Virus record (IMG/VR): IMGVR_UViG_3300017987_000047
DNA from: a virus
Lineage: Duplodnaviria > Heunggongvirae > Uroviricota > Caudoviricetes
DNA: 64,000 bases
Strand: one strand, 5' to 3'
In this document: piece after piece, positions 1 through 9,820 of the stretch
Position numbering within the stretch: position 1 is the first letter of the stretch
Layout: every line of letters begins with the position of its first letter
Made by a program: the position numbers and the translations under genes
Notes under the pieces: generated by a model
Seen by the model: only the letters and a program-made list of their open reading frames with translations
Databases searched by the model: none
Told to the model about the DNA's origin: nothing

Positions 1-405
1 GAGCTACTTAACGTTGATTGGGTAAAGGAAAACGAGGAGGATGCCAAGCAGTTCGTGAAGGAATCTTCTCTTGAAGATTTCTACAAGGCGATTATCTGCG
101 TCTGGCAGACTAACGAAGACCTCGTGAAGATCTGGCTAGAAACTCCAATTCTGGTTGACGGGGATAATTTCCTCGACTCCGATTGGGTCCTAAAGCAGGA
201 GAAAAAGAAGATTCACGCTGCATTAGCTGCAGCGGAAGATGTTCTTCTTTACAAAATCGTTGCTGCCTGGAATTCTATGGGCGGGTCGGAAGAAAATTCC
301 CACACCCTTGTCGACCTTTGGAGCCAAAACTCAGATTTTGTAAATAGGATCGCGGATCTCACCACGCAACTTATGGAAGACGAAGAGGAAAAAGAAGAGG
401 AATAA
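1..405 (+). CDS. Hypothetical protein, 3' part (truncated by window start), acidic C-terminus
   Basis: Frame is open from base 1 to TAA 403-405 and is followed by a terminator hairpin. Confidence 0.75.
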   Translation, partial: ELLNVDWVKENEEDAKQFVKESSLEDFYKAIICVWQTNEDLVKIWLETPILVDGDNFLDSDWVLKQEKKKIHAALAAAEDVLLYKIVAAWNSMGGSEENSHTLVDLWSQNSDFVNRIADLTTQLMEDEEEKEEE

Positions 406-423
406 AGTCTTTTTCGGAACTTT

Positions 424-457
424 AGGATAGGGGTGGTTTTTCCACCCCTATCCTTTA
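424..457 (+). terminator. Intrinsic terminator-like hairpin
   Basis: AGGATAGGGGTGG-TTTTT-CCACCCCTATCCT, a 13-bp perfect stem after the stop codon. Confidence 0.75.
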
Positions 458-471
458 AGACAATTCATAAT

Positions 472-770
472 TGGTATTAATAAGATAGCCAACCACTAAG
501 TAATAAAATTAATTTACTTAATAATTGTTCAATCGAAGCCTAAAAAACTTTGCTAATTAAAAGAAAACCTGATCTCACATCGGTTATTTTTATGATTTTA
601 CTTTTTCTTTAATAATTGACAATCAAAGACCAAATAAGCTTGTTTAATCATGATTTAGTTCTTTCTTCCATTGATTCCCTAAATCATATAATCCTTATTT
701 GGGAGAAGGTTGAAAATCTAAAACCTTACTTAAAAATACAAAGGAATTTATGATTTAATAATGAAAATAT
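472..770. ncRNA. Conserved non-coding element, copy 1 (candidate structured RNA)
   Basis: Shares colinear identical blocks with 43406-43725; no conserved ORF. Confidence 0.5.
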
Positions 771-988
771 TTAATAAAAATATGGGTATTAATAAGGACA
801 CAAAAGCAACACAAAGGTTGTAATTATTTTACATTAGCGACAATTAGTTAATTGGCCCCCAATATTGCCCCTAAATTGGTTACCAATGTAAAATAATTTA
901 CATCGCGCGAATTTTCAGTTGGGTGAGAAGCCTTTTTTAACCACTTGGTGGTCGGTCTGGGGGGACTGTAGCTTCTCACCCAACTTTT

Positions 989-1062
989 GCGCCCGTAGCT
1001 CAGCTGGATAGAGCAGCATCCTCCTAAGGTGCAGGTCGTAGGTTCGAATCCTACCGGGCGTA
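989..1062 (+). tRNA. tRNA-Arg(CCT)
   Basis: Cloverleaf GCGCCCG/CGGGCGT, anticodon arm GCATC-CTCCTAA-GGTGC, T loop TTCGAAT; no CCA. Confidence 0.95.
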
Positions 1063-1112
1063 CTCACTTCACTAGTGCCGCTAAATAATCACTACAAAAG
1101 CACCTTTAACCA

Positions 1113-2027
1113 ATGCAAGAAACGTTAGCAGGAAAGTGGCCTTCCTTATCTGAAAAAGATAAGCAAGAGGAGCTTGAAAGGCTGCCTATAGAAACTCGTA
1201 TGTTACTGGTAGAGTTAGTTTCTTATATAAAAGTTGAGGCTCAAACACCTTCCCACCCTTATTTAGATTTCTTTGAAATTAAAGATATTCAATATACAAA
1301 AGACCTTTTCCAAGTTATATTCGGTGCTTCCATGTTGGATGTTAAAGGGGTTTGGAAAGCAAAAAACCCTTTTCAGCATTCTTTTATTGATATAAATGCT
1401 ATCGATAACTTTCTTATCGCTTGGCTTGACAAAAGCATCATATTCGACGCGATACTTTTATATAAATCAGGATTTCTAAAGGTCACCTTCAAGGAGGATA
1501 TAGAAAGACTTGATTTGTTTTTTAAAACTCCAGAAGGGAAATTCGCTTCAAAACATCTTCAATCGCTGGAAACATTAGCGCAACAAACCACTTCTCATTT
1601 TAAGGAGGTAGAATGCAAAAAGCTTGAAAGGCTTCGATTAGTTCTGAAACGCAGTAAAATAATAAGCGAGGAAGATAGGGAGGAGCTTGAAATAATTGCT
1701 TCTTTAGCCTTGGAAGGAATAGCTACTGCATATGTACCTATTAAGAATTTTGAAGCCGCCGCGTTAAAACGAGCTTTTAAGAATAAACGCCTTGCGTGGA
1801 AAACTTCAAAAGGGTTAATCTATAATTTAGAGTGTAGAAATCCAAAAACAAACCGGATCTTAAAGGGTAGTTGTATCCTTACCTTAAAGGGGTTTCGAAA
1901 GTTTAAAACTTTCTTAAGGTCTTGTTATGTTGTTGGGTGCCCTGACTGTACCCCAACGCTCACGCAGCGAGAGTGGGAAGAAGTAATCAGGGAAGAACAA
2001 AAAGAGGCTCGGGATGTTAACGGTTGA
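1113..2027 (+). CDS. Hypothetical protein with C-terminal Cys cluster
   Basis: 304-aa ORF overlapping the next gene. Confidence 0.75.
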   Translation: MQETLAGKWPSLSEKDKQEELERLPIETRMLLVELVSYIKVEAQTPSHPYLDFFEIKDIQYTKDLFQVIFGASMLDVKGVWKAKNPFQHSFIDINAIDNFLIAWLDKSIIFDAILLYKSGFLKVTFKEDIERLDLFFKTPEGKFASKHLQSLETLAQQTTSHFKEVECKKLERLRLVLKRSKIISEEDREELEIIASLALEGIATAYVPIKNFEAAALKRAFKNKRLAWKTSKGLIYNLECRNPKTNRILKGSCILTLKGFRKFKTFLRSCYVVGCPDCTPTLTQREWEEVIREEQKEARDVNG

Positions 2028-2811
2028 AACCCTTAGTTACATTGATGAAACATGCCAAAGAGTCTCCCTAGACCAATTAGAAGACGGCGACTTAGTCGTT
2101 GCTTTTAATGTCGGTTTTAGTTCGGCTTTGGTCGAGTTAGCTACCGTATCAGAAATATACCTGGAGTCAGAAAAGGCAGAAATAAGAAAAGGGTTATTTC
2201 GCTTTGCTGATTCACACCCTATTTGGGTCGGGGGAGAAACCACGCTACTTCGGATTTTCGACTCACAGCTTTTCTTTTGCGAGCCTTTTACTTTTATTAA
2301 AGAACTTTGCGAAAAGGCCAGCCTAAGATTTTTAACAGAGCCCCAGTTTAGGGACCGTAATAGGTACAAAACAACTTTCTTATATAATTTTATCTTAGCT
2401 CATTTCCGGTATGCCCAAGAACCTCTTTTTGAAGATTTGTTAGTTAAACAACTCTTGACAAGTGAAAATGCTGCCACCAGAAAATTCTCTAAGGAATACC
2501 TAAAACTTCGTTCCAAGTTTAACTCCTTTAAGGGCAAATCCTATCTAGTTAGGGATCCTGATGGTGAAAAGGTAATACTTGTATGTTTTGATAAACATGA
2601 AACAACATCCTCGGCTATATGTCTAAGAACAAACTACAATTGGCTTCCCTATAGAGACGATGATTATGTAATGAATGTGCGGATAGCGATTTTAGATGAG
2701 GATATGCTTGATAAGTATAACCGAATCTGGGAAGAAGTTTCCCTAACAACTTTTTTAACGAACAAAGATGCAAGAATTCGGAAATTTGCTAAAGAACACT
2801 TAGAAAGGTAA
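2014..2811 (+). CDS. LT-box protein (two copies of the motif)
   Basis: QLLTSENAATRKFSK internally and FLTNKDARIRKFAK at the C-terminus. Confidence 0.8.
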   Translation: MLTVETLSYIDETCQRVSLDQLEDGDLVVAFNVGFSSALVELATVSEIYLESEKAEIRKGLFRFADSHPIWVGGETTLLRIFDSQLFFCEPFTFIKELCEKASLRFLTEPQFRDRNRYKTTFLYNFILAHFRYAQEPLFEDLLVKQLLTSENAATRKFSKEYLKLRSKFNSFKGKSYLVRDPDGEKVILVCFDKHETTSSAICLRTNYNWLPYRDDDYVMNVRIAILDEDMLDKYNRIWEEVSLTTFLTNKDARIRKFAKEHLER

Positions 2812-2833
2812 TATGGTGCGATAAAAGAAAATT

Positions 2834-2860
2834 TGTAATAATCCTTTAATATTAAGATTG
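2834..2860 (+). promoter_or_regulatory. Class-B upstream motif (GTAATAATC..TTAAT..ATTG)
   Basis: Near-identical to 11851 and 63042; each copy precedes an SD and a short ORF. Confidence 0.6.
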
Positions 2861-2886
2861 TACAATAATTAAGGAGTTTTCTAAAA

Positions 2887-2940
2887 ATGTTTACATCTCA
2901 ATACAAACCAACTCCATTGTGGCACGCTTCCCAAGGATAA
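2887..2940 (+). CDS. Putative leader peptide MFTSQYKPTPLWHASQG (17 aa)
   Basis: AAGGAG SD, ATG 2887, TAA 2938-2940; contains a Trp codon and lies upstream of tRNA-Trp. Confidence 0.55.
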   Translation: MFTSQYKPTPLWHASQG

Positions 2941-2994
2941 CTCTATATTTCCTTTTCAAAAAATTTTCGTTTTGATTCCCTAGGAGATTGATTC

Positions 2995-3312
2995 ATGAAG
3001 AAGGAAGACCGCGAGAGAAAGACTATAACTGAAACTATCGTAACACCAGAATGGGGGGAAGACTTCTTTGGGGTAGCATCCGTAGTCGAAAAGGTAAAGG
3101 GTAAGTACGATTCAATTAAAATTGAAGATGATGGGTATGGCGAATACTCTGAATTAATAATCAGAGGGTATCGTAAAGAAAACGACGAAGAATATAAGAC
3201 AAGGATTGACAAAATTAAAGAAAAAGAAAAGGCAAAGCGTGAGAGGAAGAGGGCTGCTGAGATTGCTCAGCTAAAGGAATTAGCAAAGAAATACCCAAAA
3301 GAGCTTGGTTAA
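2995..3312 (+). CDS. Hypothetical protein
   Basis: AGGAG SD, 105 aa. Confidence 0.75.
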   Translation: MKKEDRERKTITETIVTPEWGEDFFGVASVVEKVKGKYDSIKIEDDGYGEYSELIIRGYRKENDEEYKTRIDKIKEKEKAKRERKRAAEIAQLKELAKKYPKELG

Positions 3313-3328
3313 TTTTAAAAGGAAAAAT

Positions 3329-3613
3329 ATGAACTTCTTCGATTACACAAACCGGGGACCGCTTCCATGGGGCATTGTTCGCACAAACCGCATTACTTTG
3401 CGAGTAGCTGACGGGTGCGTAGAATACACTCGGCAGTATCATGGTAAGAAAGGCTTATCCTCGGGGATATCACACACATTTGAGCCGTCAGCAAGCGCAG
3501 ATGAGATTGCTAAAGGTATTCACTGGGGTTGTTGTGGGTGGTCCGCTGGAGGACATGAAATCTATACACTGAGGGATAAGGTAACAGAGTTTTTGAGCAG
3601 AGAAGGTCTGTGA
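3329..3613 (+). CDS. Hypothetical protein
   Basis: AAGGA SD before ATG 3329. Confidence 0.65.
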   Translation: MNFFDYTNRGPLPWGIVRTNRITLRVADGCVEYTRQYHGKKGLSSGISHTFEPSASADEIAKGIHWGCCGWSAGGHEIYTLRDKVTEFLSREGL

Positions 3614-3656
3614 CGTAGACGCTAGAATAAACTGCGACGCTAATTTATTAGTAATT

Positions 3657-3730
3657 AGGGCACTGGCTCAATTTGGCAGAGCAGCTGATTCCAAATCAGC
3701 AGGTTGGGGGTTCGAGTCCCTCGTGCCCTG
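3657..3730 (+). tRNA. tRNA-Trp(CCA)
   Basis: AGGGCAC/GTGCCCT acceptor, GCTGA-TTCCAAA-TCAGC anticodon arm. Confidence 0.95.
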
Positions 3731-3744
3731 TTTAGGAGGTAACG

Positions 3745-4737
3745 ATGAAAATTGAAATCGTTCGAAAATTCGAATTGGATGCTAATTTATTAATCAAGGC
3801 AGTTCAAAAGATAGAAAACCGGGAAATTCATCTTTTGGAATATTGGCTTAACCCCCATCTCGTAGACTTCAACATTGATTTCAATAAAGTCAGCTCAGCT
3901 TTCGCGCCCATATTTTACCGCGTTAATGGTGGGTTATGTCGCTCGGCTCAATTTATTGTAGAGACCGCTGACATAGACGTAGATAGAATACGAGAACAAC
4001 ACCTTGGTTGGTTGGGGTCCCTTAAGAAAAAAGTTTCTTTTCATCAATTTCTTACCTCCGATGACCAAGAGTATCGCCAACTAGCAAAGTTTACACGAAC
4101 AAACGACCCAATTAGAGTTACGCCACCCAGAAGAGAATTCTATAATTTAATCGAGAAGCGAAAAAAAGCAAAAGAGATTTTTGGGGAAGACGTTAAGTTA
4201 TCTCTATATTCTTGGTGTTCCGAGACGCCGGGGGAACGGGCTAGTTTTAGATGGAAAAATATGAATTTTTCTTTTGAATGCGTTTCAATCCCTAAAGCAG
4301 CAACTGCGGAAGAATTCGAAACACAGCTAGTCGGCTATAAAAAGAAACTTGCTCCCTTTCTGCTTACCCCACCACCTCCTAATATCTCTGTATACTTCGT
4401 TTTTCATAAAGATTATTCCCGCTTTTTTTATAACGCAAACGGGAGTAGAATACTTGCTGTTTTAGACCAGCTACAGCCAGAAATGTTTGAGGACAACTCT
4501 GATTTTATAGAAGATCTATTACCATGCTATAGATATTCCATCAAAATTTATAATTTCATTAAAGGCTGGATCTCTAAAAAGCACTTTGAGGAGTTTTATC
4601 TAGGTTTCTCAGTTTTTAGCATCTCTGCTCTTAAAGATAGAATTGATTATGAGATCGGCAAAACTTGCTATTCCCAAAATTTTAACAACTTCAAAAAAAC
4701 ACTTAGAAGAAAATTTCCCAAGGGTGAGAAATGTTAA
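3745..4737 (+). CDS. LT-box protein (internal motif)
   Basis: AGGAGG SD; FLTSDDQEYRQLAK. Confidence 0.8.
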   Translation: MKIEIVRKFELDANLLIKAVQKIENREIHLLEYWLNPHLVDFNIDFNKVSSAFAPIFYRVNGGLCRSAQFIVETADIDVDRIREQHLGWLGSLKKKVSFHQFLTSDDQEYRQLAKFTRTNDPIRVTPPRREFYNLIEKRKKAKEIFGEDVKLSLYSWCSETPGERASFRWKNMNFSFECVSIPKAATAEEFETQLVGYKKKLAPFLLTPPPPNISVYFVFHKDYSRFFYNANGSRILAVLDQLQPEMFEDNSDFIEDLLPCYRYSIKIYNFIKGWISKKHFEEFYLGFSVFSISALKDRIDYEIGKTCYSQNFNNFKKTLRRKFPKGEKC

Positions 4738-5231
4738 AACGGTTTAAACTTGGTCGGGTTATGCAAATTACCCATAGAATTCCGAGCCTTCCCGAAGAAA
4801 CTTTTTCTGTTAATTCCCAGGATGGGGCATGGATAAATGCAACTAAAAAAGGAACTTCGGACACCTGGGTAAGCACTGTAAAAGACCTTTACAAATACCA
4901 CGCTCCGCGTCCTCCTGTAACTAGTGAGGCAATGAAAACTTTTCATGGAATTTTAGTTTCTTTTGATTCCCATATAGGGAAAAAGGTTTCCCTGCATTTA
5001 GTTCAGCCAGAGAAAAAAGGCGGACACATTAATTTTAAACATATTGAGGGAAAATTTGAAATAATAACAAGTCAAGAGATTTCTGTTTTTGAAATGCTTG
5101 GGAACCTTCGTCTCCGCCATTATTACGAGTTTGGAAAATCTCCTGAGCTGCTTACGAATAAGAATCTGGCTATCCGATTGTATGCCAAATTTATCCGCAA
5201 CGAGAGAAAAAGGATCAAAAACTTGTTATGA
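4731..5231 (+). CDS. LT-box protein
   Basis: LLTNKNLAIRLYAK near the C-terminus. Confidence 0.8.
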   Translation: MLKRFKLGRVMQITHRIPSLPEETFSVNSQDGAWINATKKGTSDTWVSTVKDLYKYHAPRPPVTSEAMKTFHGILVSFDSHIGKKVSLHLVQPEKKGGHINFKHIEGKFEIITSQEISVFEMLGNLRLRHYYEFGKSPELLTNKNLAIRLYAKFIRNERKRIKNLL

Positions 5232-5644
5232 ATAAAAACTTTCAAAAACTTGCGAAGAAAATGGAAGCCCTCCCAGGCATCTTTTTTGTTTCTTGTATAG
5301 ACACAGACGACCTAAAATTAATTCTTTTTAGGGTTAACGACCCACGAAGTCTTTTCTTTTTAACAAGAATTTGTGACAAGCGTTATTGGAAATATGGAGA
5401 GAAATGGTCAATCTCTTTATCTGTGGGAGATAGTAGGGAAGCACAGGCTCTCCCAATCTTCTATCATTTACAACCTACAAAAGTTCGCGAGACCTTTGAT
5501 TTAGAGGTACTTTCATTGCTAGAGAACATGCATTGGCATTTAACGCATAAAGCTTTTATTGAAAATTTTGAGTTAGAAGACTTCGTATTGGAGGCTTTTC
5601 GGGCCCGAATATATGATGACTTTAAAACTATCGTTAAACAATAG
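5228..5644 (+). CDS. Hypothetical protein
   Basis: ATGA overlap with the upstream gene. Confidence 0.75.
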   Translation: MNKNFQKLAKKMEALPGIFFVSCIDTDDLKLILFRVNDPRSLFFLTRICDKRYWKYGEKWSISLSVGDSREAQALPIFYHLQPTKVRETFDLEVLSLLENMHWHLTHKAFIENFELEDFVLEAFRARIYDDFKTIVKQ

Positions 5645-5657
5645 GTTTTCCTCATAT
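5628..5657 (+). promoter_or_regulatory. Class-A promoter motif
   Basis: CTATCGTT-N17-CATAT. Confidence 0.55.
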
Positions 5658-5709
5658 TTTAATATAAGGTTCCTCTTCGGGATAATATCCCCTTATAAGG
5701 AGTATAACT

Positions 5710-5979
5710 ATGAATTGTGAACGATGTGGCACCAAAATAGATTTAAGTTTCCGGGATGACCCACCTTACCTCTGTTGGCGTTGTGTTAAACTTTTCAACG
5801 AAGATGGGTGGCCTTCTAATTATAGTTATAATAGGATAGGAGGCTCTGATGGCTGTTACGCAAAGAAGCCTGAAGAGACTAGTTCTTCCTCAAGTTCTAG
5901 GATGTGCAGTAAATGTGGGGATTACCCCGTAAGTGGAAGCAGTTCTTATTGCACTTATTGTGATGAGGGGCAATTGTAG
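5710..5979 (+). CDS. Small zinc-ribbon protein
   Basis: Four CxxC pairs; AAGGAG SD. Confidence 0.7.
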   Translation: MNCERCGTKIDLSFRDDPPYLCWRCVKLFNEDGWPSNYSYNRIGGSDGCYAKKPEETSSSSSSRMCSKCGDYPVSGSSSYCTYCDEGQL

Positions 5980-5985
5980 GAGACC

Positions 5986-6369
5986 ATGGAAGAAAAATAT
6001 CTTAAGGTAGTGAAAAAAGAATTGGTTGGGAGAACTTTTGGGTTCTTTGAATTTGGGGATACCCTGAATTTAGTAATTCATTTCACAAAAAACCTAAGTT
6101 ATCTCTTATGCCCATGTACGGGCAACAAGATACCTAGAATACCCGATTCTTCGGGAAAACGGAAAACAGAAGACCCATTACCCCAGATCGGTATTATCCG
6201 GCAATCCTTCAAACATGGAGTTACGGGTTTGCTTGCTCGACGGATCATTTGGTCTTTTGAAAAGGAAGAAGAGGATATTAAAGAGTTATCCTTAGAAGAA
6301 CTACTAACAGCCAAGGAAAATGGTTTTAGAAAAGCGGCAAAGGCACTTCTTAAAGAGTTGCAAGGATGA
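5986..6369 (+). CDS. LT-box protein
   Basis: LLTAKENGFRKAAK at the C-terminus. Confidence 0.8.
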   Translation: MEEKYLKVVKKELVGRTFGFFEFGDTLNLVIHFTKNLSYLLCPCTGNKIPRIPDSSGKRKTEDPLPQIGIIRQSFKHGVTGLLARRIIWSFEKEEEDIKELSLEELLTAKENGFRKAAKALLKELQG

Positions 6370-6803
6370 AGAAGCTTGTGCAAACTAGGGTTGCTGCTGT
6401 TCTTAAGGTGGAAGAGCCTGGCTTCTCTCCTAGGAGAGAGAGGTCGATAGCTTTTCTCGGCTGGCAAGATTATCCAAAAAATGAAAAAGAGTTAATAGCA
6501 ATCGCTCTAACTTTTTTCGAAAGATTTCCTAACTCTACAGTTTATACGGATCTGATATTTGAGGTTCATAGCTTAACCACATTAACCTTTTATGCAAAAG
6601 CTAGCTCGTATACTAAACACTCTTGCGCAAGACAACCCAAACCAGATTTGCCCATTGCTAACTATGAAAAATATAAGGTTAAGGTTTACGATGTCCATGA
6701 AGACCTTTTGGAAGTCCCAAAACTAGAAGCGTTTATTACCTCAAAACTCCCGCTCCTTAGAGCCACAGCGAAAAAGAAAATCAATGGGAATTCGAGTACA
6801 TAA
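6366..6803 (+). CDS. LT-box protein
   Basis: FITSKLPLLRATAK at the C-terminus. Confidence 0.8.
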   Translation: MKKLVQTRVAAVLKVEEPGFSPRRERSIAFLGWQDYPKNEKELIAIALTFFERFPNSTVYTDLIFEVHSLTTLTFYAKASSYTKHSCARQPKPDLPIANYEKYKVKVYDVHEDLLEVPKLEAFITSKLPLLRATAKKKINGNSST

Positions 6804-7482
6804 AGTTCTTGGGTACGGCCTGAGTGACATTAAAGTCGAGAAATATAGTTTGGTGGACCCTCGCTTTACCTTACAAGGGGGAGCTTGGGATTATTTCTTA
6901 GAACTTTTAGCCTATGACATAAAACCAGAAGAATATATTTATTGGTTGCGTCACGATTTACTAAAACGGAATGAAGAGGAACTCGCAAGTGTCGGTATCC
7001 ACGATACTATAATGCTAAGATTATTGCTGGGGGAAAGCAAAAGGCGTAAGAAGTTTAAAAACTCTCTTAAGCTCGAAGAATGTTTAACCCACCAAAGCGA
7101 GTTCGGTTTTCCAAACGTAATGCTTTTTACTCCGCCCGATTATTTAGAAGAATGGGTCCAATGCGACTCCACCATGGACTGGGTTTCGGAAACATACGAG
7201 CATTCCCAAGAAAATAGAATTCTAGCTCTTCCAGGAATTTATCCTTACAATTCTTTACAAAATAAGGACGGCATAGTACCAAATAGTATAGAGGCGCAGG
7301 TTTTGTATGATCAAAGGCAAGCTGCCTTTGAAAAAGGGAAACTCCACGAAATAAAAGATACCTGGCCTGAAATCCCTCCCTCCGTTATAGCCTACATCCT
7401 ATTCCTTGGCATCTTTAGGGAAGATGTTTTTAGTGAAGTGGTCACCCAGCTTCGTCCTTATTTCTACGTTTATTGGTCTTAA
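6784..7482 (+). CDS. Hypothetical protein
   Basis: 232-aa ORF within the gene run. Confidence 0.75.
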   Translation: MGIRVHKVLGYGLSDIKVEKYSLVDPRFTLQGGAWDYFLELLAYDIKPEEYIYWLRHDLLKRNEEELASVGIHDTIMLRLLLGESKRRKKFKNSLKLEECLTHQSEFGFPNVMLFTPPDYLEEWVQCDSTMDWVSETYEHSQENRILALPGIYPYNSLQNKDGIVPNSIEAQVLYDQRQAAFEKGKLHEIKDTWPEIPPSVIAYILFLGIFREDVFSEVVTQLRPYFYVYWS

Positions 7483-7483
7483 A

Positions 7484-7912
7484 ATGAAATCCCCAAACGA
7501 GGATTTTTGGGTTTGGCGAACAAGCCCAAGTTTTGGTAACGGGACTTTTCATTTTCATAGCCTACCGACTCCAGAAGAAATGCTACGCGCATTTTTACTC
7601 CACGTAGAAGAGGAAAGTAATAGGAAAAATTATATCCTAACAAATATAAGAATGACGGCCACGCACTATTTTTATTCGCTGATTACTCAGCAGGCTGATG
7701 CAGATTTCTCTTATTATTTGCGATTGGGCGAATTCCTAAATTATGATCGAATCTTCCCTGATGAGTTTAATGCTCTTCCCCCTAAAGGAACCCTTCTCAC
7801 CTCTTCCCAAAACCTAGTTCGTAAAATTGGCAAAGCTTTGATCCAAGGGGATAAACAAAAACTTGTACGGCTAGGGGTTCAAGAGGAGTTTTTCAAATGG
7901 CTAAAAGAATAG
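7484..7912 (+). CDS. LT-box protein
   Basis: Start moved to ATG 7484; LLTSSQNLVRKIGK. Confidence 0.75.
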   Translation: MKSPNEDFWVWRTSPSFGNGTFHFHSLPTPEEMLRAFLLHVEEESNRKNYILTNIRMTATHYFYSLITQQADADFSYYLRLGEFLNYDRIFPDEFNALPPKGTLLTSSQNLVRKIGKALIQGDKQKLVRLGVQEEFFKWLKE

Positions 7913-8319
7913 AAAACTTTGAAGAGACCACTTTTAAAGGAATTAGCAAATACCTAACTCATAGCGATCCCCGGGTTAGGAAAATAGTAAAAGATACATT
8001 AGAGATCCCGATGACTTCTGTCGGGGTAACCCAAAAACGATTAGATTATCTTCAAAAGCACTACAAAAACGCTGGCAAAGCCTATGAGGAAATCACAGAA
8101 AACCCTTCCTCGAGAAAAGAACTCACAGAAGCTTTTAATTACCTTATGGCTGTTGGGAATCTTCTTACGGATTTTCTAATATTCGAAAAAATTCGTCTTG
8201 ATCAAGTTTCTATGGAATTTAAGGAACAAAGGTTAAAGGACGAAAAGAAGTCTAATTATTTGATCCTATTAATTACTACAATCGGTATCCTGAGCATCTT
8301 TCTACTGGAGTTACTATAA
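7897..8319 (+). CDS. LT-box protein with N-terminal motif and C-terminal TM helix
   Basis: YLTHSDPRVRKIVK; hydrophobic tail YLILLITTIGILSIFLL. Confidence 0.8.
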   Translation: MAKRIENFEETTFKGISKYLTHSDPRVRKIVKDTLEIPMTSVGVTQKRLDYLQKHYKNAGKAYEEITENPSSRKELTEAFNYLMAVGNLLTDFLIFEKIRLDQVSMEFKEQRLKDEKKSNYLILLITTIGILSIFLLELL

Positions 8320-8615
8320 TGTCAGAAAAGGTCAATAAAGAACAAATTAACAAAGCTTTTGATGCTGTTAAGACAAAACTAGAAAAGGCGATGGGAAAGT
8401 ACGGTAATAAGCCTTTTTCTAGTGTCTATTCGGCAATGGGGGTGCTCCTGGAAGAGTGGAATGAAGTACAACAGGCAATCCACGAGCATAAGGAGATTCA
8501 TCCTGAGGTCCTTTCAGAGTTTGAAGATCTATGTGTTGTTGCTCTTTGGTCTGTCGCATCTTTCCAATCGAAATTAGGTGAGAAGCAACATAGAATTGGG
8601 GACGTACTACCTTAA
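8319..8615 (+). CDS. MazG-like all-alpha NTP pyrophosphohydrolase (putative)
   Basis: Acidic pattern GVLLEEWNEV...EFEDLCVVAL. Confidence 0.5.
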   Translation: MSEKVNKEQINKAFDAVKTKLEKAMGKYGNKPFSSVYSAMGVLLEEWNEVQQAIHEHKEIHPEVLSEFEDLCVVALWSVASFQSKLGEKQHRIGDVLP

Positions 8616-9046
8616 TGTTTAACTTTAGCAAAGACAAGCTTTTCGCGAAACGCAAAAATGTTTTAGTTTGGCTTGGGAAAGAGGATTTTCCTGCAACTGA
8701 AATGATGCAGGAAGAAGCACCAAACCACACAATAACGCCTTGCAAAGCAACTGATGGGCTTTGCCGAGAAAAAGATATTCTCCTTGGTGTTCTAGGAACC
8801 CCTGCCGATACTTGGAGACTCCTGCTGCATGAAGTAGCCCATGCACGTTTGCCGCACATCCCACCACCTGGGCATACTTCCGAGTGGTTATTGGAATATG
8901 TGCGGTTAATTTGTAAATGGGGAATGGGAGTGCTCCCGTCGCATAGCGACTTAATTGCTTATGCAGTCCTTGAGGATATCCCATTGTCCTTTTCAAACAC
9001 CTTAAAGGGGTTAGTGTCTAAGAGGCCGGGGAAAGATAATGATTAA
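8615..9046 (+). CDS. HExxH zinc metallopeptidase-like (SprT-like) protein
   Basis: LLHEVAHA...PGHTSEW. Confidence 0.55.
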   Translation: MFNFSKDKLFAKRKNVLVWLGKEDFPATEMMQEEAPNHTITPCKATDGLCREKDILLGVLGTPADTWRLLLHEVAHARLPHIPPPGHTSEWLLEYVRLICKWGMGVLPSHSDLIAYAVLEDIPLSFSNTLKGLVSKRPGKDND

Positions 9047-9428
9047 AGTTCATTATGAACCTCATGGAGAAGAAGCCCCTCTTTTCTTTGATAACTCGAC
9101 CTCCCTCGGAGAAATAAAACTTTTTCTCATCGAACGGCTTAATCGAGTCGCGGCCGTGGCGGATCACCAGCCAAAGATAATACAGCTACGGGAAGCAGCG
9201 TCTTCTTCGACAGACCTCTTCAATCCATATTTCTATGATGAGCCGACGTGTGAGCGTTATATCCTGGACTACGATTATTTTGACCTGACTGTAAATGCAA
9301 GGATTAAACATAAGTTCGCTGTCGTAATCAAAAAGGTAGAGGACCCAATTAAAATTCGGGTTAAGAAATATCTCACAAATGCATGCCCAACAATTCGGGA
9401 CATAGCAAAGAAACTAATTGAAAAATGA
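9039..9428 (+). CDS. LT-box protein (paralog of the next gene)
   Basis: YLTNACPTIRDIAK; shares AVxIKKVEDPI with 9425. Confidence 0.8.
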   Translation: MIKVHYEPHGEEAPLFFDNSTSLGEIKLFLIERLNRVAAVADHQPKIIQLREAASSSTDLFNPYFYDEPTCERYILDYDYFDLTVNARIKHKFAVVIKKVEDPIKIRVKKYLTNACPTIRDIAKKLIEK

Positions 9429-9820
9429 TTAAAGTATTTTTTGAGATGATGGGGGATGACCTTTTTCTTTTCGATGATTTAACAACCCAGAAAGAAATTG
9501 AACTTTTCTTAGCAGCAACTGCAATAAAATACGTCACGGAGAAAAACATAAAACGGATGGAGCTAAGACCCGCAATGAAAATTGAGGTAGACCCTGACAT
9601 CTCTTTGTCTAATGACTTTGTGACTAACGATCCCGACCTTGAATTTTTTACGGGGGAAAACCTTGAAGATTGTTATGTTTTCGAATGCTTAAAAGCCTGC
9701 GGGGGTTGGAAGTACGCAGTTATAATCAAAAAGGTAGAGGATCCAATCGAAGTGCAGGCTGAGAAGTATCTCACACACGAATCCCCTATCATCCGGAAAA
9801 TGGCTAAGGATTTAGGATGA
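9425..9820 (+). CDS. LT-box protein
   Basis: YLTHESPIIRKMAK. Confidence 0.8.
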   Translation: MIKVFFEMMGDDLFLFDDLTTQKEIELFLAATAIKYVTEKNIKRMELRPAMKIEVDPDISLSNDFVTNDPDLEFFTGENLEDCYVFECLKACGGWKYAVIIKKVEDPIEVQAEKYLTHESPIIRKMAKDLG

